60,780 bases of DNA, taken from a virus (Duplodnaviria > Caudoviricetes). The first letter of the stretch is position 1; every line of letters begins with the position of its first letter. A program made the position numbers and the translations under genes. The stretch spans positions 1 to 60,780 of the IMG/VR virus record IMGVR_UViG_3300033273_000409. One strand, written 5' to 3'. The notes beneath the pieces were generated by a model, which did not search any database, had not been told where the DNA came from, and saw only the letters and a list, made by a program, of their open reading frames with translations. Positions 54,001 to 60,780 of the stretch are shown piece after piece.

Positions 54001-56711
54001 CCAACGCTACAGTCACAATCTCAGCACCACAACAAGTTGGTGGTGTTCAGGCAACAGCAACTGCTGCTGTTTCTAATGATGGTTCTATCAACCACATCAC
54101 GATTACTAACCCTGGTTCTGGATATACCTCAGAGCCTTCAATCAACATTCAGGGTGATGGTGCAGGAGCTACCGCAGTAACCAGTATCAGACTGGTACAA
54201 AATCCAGTATCTATGGGTGTTGCAACATCAGAGGATGCTAGTGCTGCAACCAAGTTCAAGTTTGATGCTCCAGTATTCCTAGAGAATAATAGAGAGTATG
54301 CTTTTGTTGTTCTATCAAATAGTCTAGATTACAACATGTATGTTTCTAGACTTGGTGATACTGAAATTGGAACTACACAAAGAGTTTCACAACAACCTCT
54401 ACTTGGTTCTCTATTCAAGTCTCAAAACTCTACTGTTTGGACTGCAGACCAGTTTGAAGATGTCAAGTTTACTCTTTATAGGGCAAAGTTTGATACCAGT
54501 TCTACTGCTGTTGTAGAATTTAGCAATAAGTCACTTCCTATGAAGCGTCTTGAGAATAGACCTATTGAGACTAATAAACTTGCATATAGAGGTGGTACTG
54601 CAATTGGTGAAAGTATCTACACCTCATCTTCTGCACCAACTACTTACTCGGATTCTGTATTTGGTGGTAACCCAAGAATTGTAAGAGTTCATCATTACAA
54701 TCATGGTATGAATGAAGGTGATTATGTGGTTATAAATGGTCTTACTGGTGTTGGTACTGGTGATCCACTAGCAAATGGTATTGGTATTTCCAAGTTGAAT
54801 ACTCTTCACCAGATTGAGAATGTAAGTCATAACACTTATGAGGTTCTGGTTCCTAAGGATTCAGGATCAGTCAATGACCAAGCAACTGAAAGTGGTAGAG
54901 TTGGTGGTAACTTTGGATTTGCATCACAAAACCAACAGTTCCAAGTTATTCAACCTCAAGTTGGATTAATGCAATTTGCTGGAACTCAAGTTGGTCATTC
55001 CGTAAGTGCTCTGAGAGCATCTTCAATTGACTATTCAAATCCCTCTGCATATAGTGTTGGACAGTTCTCGGTAACTCCTGGATCAAACACTTACTTGACA
55101 GATAACTATCAGATTCTTTCTGAGATCAATGAAGTCAAGAAAAACAATGGTGATAAATCATTCAAGTATGCAGTATCTATGAGTACGTCTGATGATGCAG
55201 TATCTCCAGTGATTGACTTGGATAGAGTCAATATGTTCGTCACAATGAATCTAATTGATGATCCAAAACCAAATGCATCTAGATTTGGTTATAAAATTTA
55301 TAGAATCTATCCATTCAATGCTGCACCTAACAGTGGTGGAGAACCAACTACAACAGGTCTTGCACTAGGAGCACTAATCCAACAAGTCTACAAAGTAGAT
55401 TCTAATGGTAATAGAAACTTCCTAACAGGAAGTGTTGAGTCATTGTCTTCTGTACATATTCAAGCAGAGGTTGTTGGCATCAATACTACTGAAAATTATA
55501 TTGATATCCGCTATCTGAAGGTTCCAACTGCTAATGTCAATGCACAGTCAGGTATCAAGATTCTAAATGCACAACAGAGATTTGAACCACAAGATCCATC
55601 AAACCCTGCTCTAACTTCTTATGTTTTCCAAGTCGCTGGAGCATCAACAGATTACTACTTACATACGCCCGCAGTTGATCTTGGTGGATATCTTTATAGA
55701 GATGAAACTGAAAGTGAAATGGGATCTTTCGCTGCTAAGTATCAGACTAAGACAATCAAACTGGAAAACCCAGCGACAAATATTGACGTTAGATTGACTG
55801 CTAATCTGTTTGATAATAAGGATATACAAGTTCTCTACAAGATCAAACCAACCACTTCTGACAAGGCGATGAATCAACAACCTTGGAGATATTTCAATCC
55901 CAAGACTGTTGCTACTTCATCCCTAAAAGAGATCAAAGTTCTTGATGGGGGAGCTGGATATAGTAGTGCTCCAAACATCACTTTGAATCCACAGAATGGA
56001 GTTGAACTAACACCAGTTATCAATACTGGAACTGGTGTACTTGAGAAAGTTCTTATTACCAATAGAGGTTCAGGTTTTATATCTGCACCAGAAGTTGTAA
56101 TTGATGCTGCCAGTGGTGGTGCAGGTAATGCAATTAGTGCAAGATCAGTTACTGGACCTGGTTCTGGATATTCGCCTGCTGTAGGATCTCAAACATATCA
56201 GAATATTGCAGCAATTTATGATGCATCATCTCCAGTAAACTTCCCATCTGCTGGTTCTGGTGCTACATTCGATATTACAGTTAATAATGGTGCTGTTAGT
56301 GCTGCAACGGTAAATGGTACAGGTTCTGGATATACTGTTGGAGAAATTCTTACAGTAAATCCAAACTTTGATGGTGCTGGTGCAGGATCTGGTTTGACTA
56401 TTGAGGTTACAGGAGTAACTGCCGCAGGTGCTCCAACTGATCTTGCAATTGCGGAAGCAGTTATCTTCCCAGTAGATTTTGATGAGCGTGAGAGTGGATT
56501 TGCCGATAATATTGGTGATGTACAAATTGAAAATTCTGATATCTTAGATCCAGCACTGGAAGACCCCAATGCATTCAAGGAATATAGATATACTGTAGAG
56601 GATCTTCAGGAGTTTGATTCTTTTGCAGTCAAGGTTCTGATGAGAGTCAATAGCAATGGTCCCGCTTTTGCACCTAAGATTGAGGACCTCAGAGCAATCG
56701 CAAATATCTGA
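48024..56711 (+). CDS. Large virion structural protein (DUF4815/VrlC-like, 2895 aa)
   Basis: NLNVSPYYDDF..VLFRPG..QSRELTTLQSILQNQ; LARRTYDESGDY; RFKSGILVDNF; DPVAQTF; GSLFKSQN..W. Confidence 0.85.
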   Translation: MPQSTNLNVSPYYDDFDVNKDFYRVLFRPGYSIQSRELTTLQSILQNQVESIGKNIVKEGSMVVPGEVSYNSSYNYIKLSSFSQGFALSQFIGATLTGETTGVTAKVINTSDETSDDAVTLYVNYVSSGTSNTNRVFQEGEILSTDIVGAPTAVVGITGSTKPTVYRPVGSSAELAQNSAVGKGSAVFVQEGIYFTNGHYVRNATQTLIIDKYSTTPTCRVGFLVQEEVVTPEEDESLNDNAAGYSNYAAPGGHRLKITLTLASREIDSVVESNFIELLRIRNGIIERKIEKKTWSDLEEILARRTYDESGDYIVKNYTVDLKEHKNDGDNNGFYSLDPDDNLYDGLTSEESDDSMVAAISPGKAYVRGYEIENVGTKFKTLSKSRDTFVKEKSSLTVPTGSFLNLQNVYGSIDVSNVSTSGVTTETSEQVIFYNSFTDSYLGDTKIGRGDAPQTRYLVQIENLAAQATYDWTSSVVGMDSASYPSGAFGGTINKINKLGYIAPTGTIQNGVASTADCDTFLALVTLGSGSFLPVAGQTIEDADVNLNGSGTARAIIRRVWELPGRPVGCAHPKYMGLSNGVVDANGKLAGNENLDSVFRLGLFDTSTFTTIKCFGTAPVGNFTNGIKTLGARLTGSSSGATGIVESSYDGDGYDEVFLSNVRGTFIEGEVLVTDPDYGNDGKRAQGTIIKSGTIKKVHITDPGTGYSTSSNPAAAVALSINGEQVRVTRTLGNDVYAFQLTADTNGGVYALPIDDGTNTASVFPNKWSYKSPNATVYTKTPTATILANTGFVAATLEVELWGETITTNSVTDFKSVTVPGGNKFSGDVVSDSVAFTNLVEVCQVSAAPGNDYVEVTSLDKDPRILLNNNDVIKVVDDSGAERRYLVYRVEKSDILSRSRIYIAGTITSQITNAQLYKVESLFGGFGQNSLVIPMPDSTIKTVARDKNKTKFSLKAQRQLVSTIGNDGTVSFNLSGVDEDFQDFSEQRFTAVVADPSSASGLEQGDIIDLARYQVQRVSATAGVNASISFSGLPAGFYGGKIKLTAAVILNNAKPRTKILRNVQVQVSTYNKKDIISLGKTDGFRLNAVYMSADPDAAATVTDIDIKDRFYFDDGQRDNLYDIARIIRGKNTEEPSGQLLVDFDYFDHTSNDGDYFSVDSYINPNNLSLTYGDIPEYRSEKYGIIDLRDALDFRLSADTGFASTNVGKVAGAEDKREIGALTFQSINNVIPTPGDSVEYECEFYLARRDSIYLSKSGAFEIVSGKPSTNPQYPKPLDDALRLFDLDIPAYTFSPKDVQVQTYNYRRYTMSDLRTLEKRVEKIEYYTQLSMLEQDTLNTSIKDAVTGLDRFKSGILVDNFAGHNVGDSLSNDYRCAVDMQSQQLRPRHFTDQIELEESVTDDASRASLGYRRSGSIVTLDFSPEEFVSNKFATKTINLNPFLQFQYKGVLQISPEMDEWKDTESRPDLVVQNNALFDTISNMADERGVLGTIWNEWQTSWSGSEVIASDQTIIDSRTGRRVIGRSSSRTTQRERGGPRGRVRNRTTTRTTTTFQNFRDDDILTTAITARTRTRTRTGTQNQLTGFDTVNQAFGNRVVGVNFIPFMRTRAVGWRITGLKPNTRVYAFFDGIDVNAWVCPDSTYTGEPESSPKGFGQPIISDSEGSVSGIFIVPNGFPPIDVFDDNVVTELASRGIGGDDLNRRRVSQSSSTADFNKQKFTGIVEDIIYNSEGDFRQFRVGESVLRFTSSAKNSSREDEVDTFAEKEYFAIGLMETQENTIMSTRVPTIAQRTVTDQDTAQFVDGVRTNVDTRRTDTNRSTATSTNTAVGNWFDPVAQTFLVEGYNEGVFMTELDVFFKTKSDVTPTECYLTETKIGTPGKKIIPFSNVQVQPDTKLRIVSDSAISFIDGESVVGVTSGASGTVKTDLDIAGLTANTNFSNNVYTLVLDNHNGTEFLAGEEIKIQRFPAPTAVINIAEQSYAVKDGFMKTGGTGYTNATVTISAPQQVGGVQATATAAVSNDGSINHITITNPGSGYTSEPSINIQGDGAGATAVTSIRLVQNPVSMGVATSEDASAATKFKFDAPVFLENNREYAFVVLSNSLDYNMYVSRLGDTEIGTTQRVSQQPLLGSLFKSQNSTVWTADQFEDVKFTLYRAKFDTSSTAVVEFSNKSLPMKRLENRPIETNKLAYRGGTAIGESIYTSSSAPTTYSDSVFGGNPRIVRVHHYNHGMNEGDYVVINGLTGVGTGDPLANGIGISKLNTLHQIENVSHNTYEVLVPKDSGSVNDQATESGRVGGNFGFASQNQQFQVIQPQVGLMQFAGTQVGHSVSALRASSIDYSNPSAYSVGQFSVTPGSNTYLTDNYQILSEINEVKKNNGDKSFKYAVSMSTSDDAVSPVIDLDRVNMFVTMNLIDDPKPNASRFGYKIYRIYPFNAAPNSGGEPTTTGLALGALIQQVYKVDSNGNRNFLTGSVESLSSVHIQAEVVGINTTENYIDIRYLKVPTANVNAQSGIKILNAQQRFEPQDPSNPALTSYVFQVAGASTDYYLHTPAVDLGGYLYRDETESEMGSFAAKYQTKTIKLENPATNIDVRLTANLFDNKDIQVLYKIKPTTSDKAMNQQPWRYFNPKTVATSSLKEIKVLDGGAGYSSAPNITLNPQNGVELTPVINTGTGVLEKVLITNRGSGFISAPEVVIDAASGGAGNAISARSVTGPGSGYSPAVGSQTYQNIAAIYDASSPVNFPSAGSGATFDITVNNGAVSAATVNGTGSGYTVGEILTVNPNFDGAGAGSGLTIEVTGVTAAGAPTDLAIAEAVIFPVDFDERESGFADNIGDVQIENSDILDPALEDPNAFKEYRYTVEDLQEFDSFAVKVLMRVNSNGPAFAPKIEDLRAIANI

Positions 56712-56712
56712 T

Positions 56713-56928
56713 ATGGATGAAGTAAAAATTGAAGGACACTCGAATCTAAGTAAAAACTTGGATTCGGGTGCTGTTGTCAACACAGACAAAGTAGCATATC
56801 AACGCTATCTACAATCAAAAAAGAATATGAAAGAAATGCAGGACACTGTGAGCGATATAAATAAAATGAAGGAAGAGATGTCTGAAATCAAAACTCTACT
56901 GAAGGAATTGCTAAAGAAGAATGTCTAA
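56713..56928 (+). CDS. Small coiled-coil hypothetical protein
   Basis: KIEGHSNL..SGAVVNTD..EIKTLLKELL. Confidence 0.75.
   Translation: MDEVKIEGHSNLSKNLDSGAVVNTDKVAYQRYLQSKKNMKEMQDTVSDINKMKEEMSEIKTLLKELLKKNV
56856..56863 (+). promoter_or_regulatory. T4-type late promoter
   Basis: TATAAATA upstream of the ATG at 56921. Confidence 0.7.
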
Positions 56929-59900
56929 TAAAGTTCTCTTACAGAAATCAAAACTTTCTGGACTAAGTTTACAACAAATCGCTGAAGATGTTTCTTCAAA
57001 GGTATCTGTAGATAGTTACAAGATACTAAAGAATCAAAATATGATCATCTTTGATGGAGATGATCAAAATGAACTGTATATAGAGATCCAAGCATTAGAC
57101 CACGGAAAGGTCACTAAAGATCATAGCAATTTTGAGTTTCATGCTCAGAGATCAACTATTGCTCCAGGAACAACCAATAGATATTGGCACCTGGATGCAA
57201 TTACAAGACTAGATTATACTCATAATGCTCCTTCAGGCAACGGCACATTCTCAACCATTAATAATGGTGAAGATATTGACATCTACATTGTTGACTCTGG
57301 TGTTCAGGGTGCGAGTAGACCTACAGGAACAAATGCGGCACTCCACCCAGAACTATTTGATCCTCAGTATGTCACTGATTTGAATGGTGCAACTGAACAA
57401 GCATTCTATAGAGTATACGAACTTCCAACATCTCTTTATAACCCAGGAACTACTCTTGGCAATGACCCACAATCTACTGGTGATATTGGTAAAGATGGTC
57501 ATGGTACACATGCTGCTATCATGGCAGCAGGTAGATATGCTGGTGTAGCTAACAAAGCCAAAATCTATTCTGTTAGAATTACAGACGACTCTGGAGTAAT
57601 TTTTCTCTCCAAGATGGTTGAGGCATATGAGGCAATCTATCGTCATAACGATCCAGACGACTCTGCATATAAGGGTAATACTCTAGATGGTAATACAAGA
57701 CCTAGACCCTCAGTTGTAAACGTCAGTATTGGTGCAACCGCTCCAAACCCAAAAGCACCATATATTGATAGAAACGAAAATTATACTGGTAATGCTGTTG
57801 CACTAACAGCCTCTGCATCTAGTAGTACCGATTATACTATTAGTGGAACTGATGCTGCCACTACACACACCAATGCATTAGATCCAACGATCACTGTCAA
57901 TGCAGGTGATACTCTGACTATTACAACATCAGCGGGTGAATCACACCCAATGTCGATTTGTGTTGAGGGTACGACCACATATAGTGAGAGTGCTCGCGTT
58001 GCTTCTGGTGTCACTGGTCAAGGTCAAACTAATGGTGACATTGTAATTGATACGACAGCACTACTAGCAGGAGAAAGAACTGGTAGTTTTGTTTATATCT
58101 GTCAGTCCCACGATGCGATGAGAGGGACAATTACTGTCAATGATGCCAATTCTCCAACAGCATCTAATGTAAATGAAATCCTAGATGATGGAGAATTCAT
58201 TCTTTCTACACAGAAGGGTGTTGCTGTTACCCGCTCTGCTGGTAATGGTATGGTGTTTATTGACCCAGACATTGATCCAGATAATGCAGTTGATTATGGT
58301 CCACAAAATACCAAGATTACCTATGGTTCCAGAAACGCAGGTAAGCCATCACTCCTAGATCCAGAGATCAGCATTACACCAGAACATAATAGAAATAATC
58401 TAAACAACGCAGATAAGTTCGTTGTTGGTGCTACCAAGATTGGTTCAGATAATAAACAAACCTTTGCTGACTTTACAAACTACGGTGAAGCAGTAACATG
58501 TTATGCACCAGGTCAAGGAATTCTGTGTCCAAGGTATGATTGGGATAGTGGAGATGATTATACCGCTCCCCATCTTAATATTAGCGGTACATCATTCTCA
58601 GCACCTCTGGTTGCAGGTATGCTTGCCGTTTGGAAGCAAGTTCATGATGGACCTATGTGGTCCACAAGTTTACACAATGCATCTCTTGCCACTGAGAGAA
58701 AATATAGATTCTCTGACTATACAAGTTCTAGCGTAATTACTCAAGGAGCAGTTGGTAACTTCCAAAATCCAACTAGTGCATCTGCTGGATCTGCTGTAAC
58801 AAGATATGGATCTACCTCATCAGGTGCAACCTGGTATAGATTCTCAACAACATCAGCATCAAATGCTGTTGTTATGCAACTTACTGACGCTGAGTATACT
58901 GCACTATCTCCTGCTCAGAACGATGTATTTGAATTTGAATTCCCAAGAATTCAAGAAAATAACACTACTGGTGCAAATGGACTTGCAACGGAATATATCC
59001 GCGATGCAATGCACTTGAGTGAAAGAAGAGATTATAACGTTACTGTAGCATCGGGTGCCTATGAACTTGCTAGAGTTCAAAATGGTATTGCAGGAACAGC
59101 AACTGCTCAACCAGCTCTTCAATTAGATGATGGTGTTGTCTACCGCTTTGATCAGTCGGATGCATCAAACCAAACACATCCTATTGCAATTTCAAATACT
59201 GGTGATGGTACTCATGTTGGTGGAGTTAATTTCCAGACCTATGTTTCTCAACTTGCTGGACAATTAGCAGAATCTTACAAGAAAAACCTAAGATTCTTCA
59301 AGGATGAAGGAACTGGTCCCGTAGAGATTGACCAGGATGCATATAATGGTCTTGTAGGTCAAGGACCAGCAATCAAAGCTTGGATTGAATGGATCAATCC
59401 ACATAGAGACACTCATCCAAAAGTAGATAGTTCTATCTATGATGCACTGTTCCATTATTATTGTGTCAACCACCCAAACATGGGTTCGTCTATAGCATCA
59501 ACTGGAGTCATTCCATCTACTGCAAGTATTGGTGGTATTGATATGAGAGAATTCTCCAAAAAGTGGAGAAAGGTCCAGTCAGTAGATGCAGTAAATAAAA
59601 CCATCACTTTTCATGCAGATTCAAATGCAACAGGAACTGAAGTAGGTGGTGGTGGTGCATTTGCACAAGCAGATGAAATTACCGATCAAGGTGCTTGGCC
59701 AAGATATCCAATGAGATTTACTAAGATCACTGGAACTTGGTTTGCTAATGATGCTGTTTGGAACTGGACTGAAAATCATTCAACAGTTCTATATCCTTTT
59801 ACTAAGTATAGTGGTGGTTCTTTTGCTGCAGGTGAATTCTATGCACAGTTAGAGTCAGAAGAAGGTGTTTCTGACGGTGAACTGGTCGAGTATTTCCCAA

Positions 59901-60780
59901 TTCCAAAGGGAAGACTAGTCAGAGAAGGTGTTGCTGGTGGTAATGAGCAGGCAACTCAGGCACTTCAGGTGGGTGCTCGCTGGGGTACTGGTACATCTGC
60001 AGAACCAAGACTATACACACCACTGCCAGCAGGTCAATCATCTGTTACCTACGATGGTGGGCAGGGCGTTTACTTCCCATTTGTTGACCTTACTGCAACT
60101 TGGTCTGATGCTGATGGGTCTTCAATCGGAACGTTTGCACACAATGAAGTAGTGAATAGAACAGTTGGTGTTTCTACAGTATCTACATTTGCTGGAGATG
60201 TAATTGCTGCAGCAGATCGTGAGGAAAACTATGAGTTAGTTTCAGGTGGATCTAATAGTGCATTTACTCAAAATGGTAACGTATACACGATTACTGGTAG
60301 TGGACTGCAGTACAATGCATCAACTGGAACATTATCTGGTACTACAACTGGAACTAATAATGCAGCAAGTTATCAGATTACCCTAAAAGAAACAACCTCA
60401 CAAGCAACGGTTACTTATAACTTTACTGTAAACGCTGCTCCAGCATCATCAACAATTTCAATTACAACTCAACCACCCGCAACATTTACTGGTGATGCAT
60501 CATTCCCAGTAGATCAAGAACTTATTAATATTGCGGTTGTTGCATCAGATTCACTGAGCAGTACCATTACATATCAGTGGCAAGTTGCAGCAGATCTGGA
60601 TGCAGTAAATGCAAACAACTGGACTGACGTGACTGATAGTGATGGATTTACTGGATCCACTACAACTTCATTGAATATCCCAGATAAGGCGGAGCATGAT
60701 GGTAAGTATTATCGTTGTAAGTTAGATTCTAGCACTGCTCCATCTTCAGTATACACAGATAACTCTCTAGCAGTTATTGA
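56921..60780 (+). CDS. Subtilisin-family (S8) peptidase-containing structural protein with two cupredoxin-like domains and Ig repeats (3'-truncated; missing from ORF track)
   Basis: Frame open from ATG 56921 to the window end. Triad IVDSG (D 57293), HGTH (H 57500), GTSFSAP (S 58592), oxyanion AGN (58244). HP..CQSHDAM and HP..CVNHPNM copper-type motifs; TYQWQ..YYRC Ig domain. Confidence 0.85.
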   Translation, partial: MSNKVLLQKSKLSGLSLQQIAEDVSSKVSVDSYKILKNQNMIIFDGDDQNELYIEIQALDHGKVTKDHSNFEFHAQRSTIAPGTTNRYWHLDAITRLDYTHNAPSGNGTFSTINNGEDIDIYIVDSGVQGASRPTGTNAALHPELFDPQYVTDLNGATEQAFYRVYELPTSLYNPGTTLGNDPQSTGDIGKDGHGTHAAIMAAGRYAGVANKAKIYSVRITDDSGVIFLSKMVEAYEAIYRHNDPDDSAYKGNTLDGNTRPRPSVVNVSIGATAPNPKAPYIDRNENYTGNAVALTASASSSTDYTISGTDAATTHTNALDPTITVNAGDTLTITTSAGESHPMSICVEGTTTYSESARVASGVTGQGQTNGDIVIDTTALLAGERTGSFVYICQSHDAMRGTITVNDANSPTASNVNEILDDGEFILSTQKGVAVTRSAGNGMVFIDPDIDPDNAVDYGPQNTKITYGSRNAGKPSLLDPEISITPEHNRNNLNNADKFVVGATKIGSDNKQTFADFTNYGEAVTCYAPGQGILCPRYDWDSGDDYTAPHLNISGTSFSAPLVAGMLAVWKQVHDGPMWSTSLHNASLATERKYRFSDYTSSSVITQGAVGNFQNPTSASAGSAVTRYGSTSSGATWYRFSTTSASNAVVMQLTDAEYTALSPAQNDVFEFEFPRIQENNTTGANGLATEYIRDAMHLSERRDYNVTVASGAYELARVQNGIAGTATAQPALQLDDGVVYRFDQSDASNQTHPIAISNTGDGTHVGGVNFQTYVSQLAGQLAESYKKNLRFFKDEGTGPVEIDQDAYNGLVGQGPAIKAWIEWINPHRDTHPKVDSSIYDALFHYYCVNHPNMGSSIASTGVIPSTASIGGIDMREFSKKWRKVQSVDAVNKTITFHADSNATGTEVGGGGAFAQADEITDQGAWPRYPMRFTKITGTWFANDAVWNWTENHSTVLYPFTKYSGGSFAAGEFYAQLESEEGVSDGELVEYFPIPKGRLVREGVAGGNEQATQALQVGARWGTGTSAEPRLYTPLPAGQSSVTYDGGQGVYFPFVDLTATWSDADGSSIGTFAHNEVVNRTVGVSTVSTFAGDVIAAADREENYELVSGGSNSAFTQNGNVYTITGSGLQYNASTGTLSGTTTGTNNAASYQITLKETTSQATVTYNFTVNAAPASSTISITTQPPATFTGDASFPVDQELINIAVVASDSLSSTITYQWQVAADLDAVNANNWTDVTDSDGFTGSTTTSLNIPDKAEHDGKYYRCKLDSSTAPSSVYTDNSLAVI

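Noticed and set aside
57353-60152. Short track ORFs in the last 3.8 kb
   Set aside because: All are alternative-frame fragments within the single open frame starting at 56921.

Overview
This window is a 60.8-kb segment of a T4-like cyanomyophage genome, most likely infecting Synechococcus. Almost all genes are on the + strand, in three blocks. (1) 1-11.1 kb: gp27-like hub (partial), cp12, split gp5, tRNA-Leu(TAA), tRNA-Thr(TGT) and a 2066-aa tail-fibre-like protein. (2) 11.1-27 kb: an accessory/early region of ~50 mostly small ORFs, including an HEXXH protein, ParB-like protein, SF2 helicase, DenV-family glycosylase, KxDG ligase-fold protein, KTSC-like protein and PD-(D/E)XK nuclease. Fourteen of its promoters carry the same 22-bp palindrome ~30 nt upstream of the -10. 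(3) 27.3-60.8 kb: PAAR, Ig/Gly-rich fibre, gp25, gp6, gp7, gp8, a DUF4815-type structural protein and a partial subtilisin-type protein with two cupredoxin-like sites. The most striking element is a ~700-bp non-coding locus at 22.55-23.29 kb. It has clusters of cyanobacterial-type DnaA boxes (TTTTCCACA) at both ends, divergent sigma70 promoters, and 17 CTAGA repeats starting at the predicted +1. It may be an oriC mimic, a DnaA-titration site and/or a repeat-RNA sponge. All calls come from reading the sequence by eye; no database searches were run.
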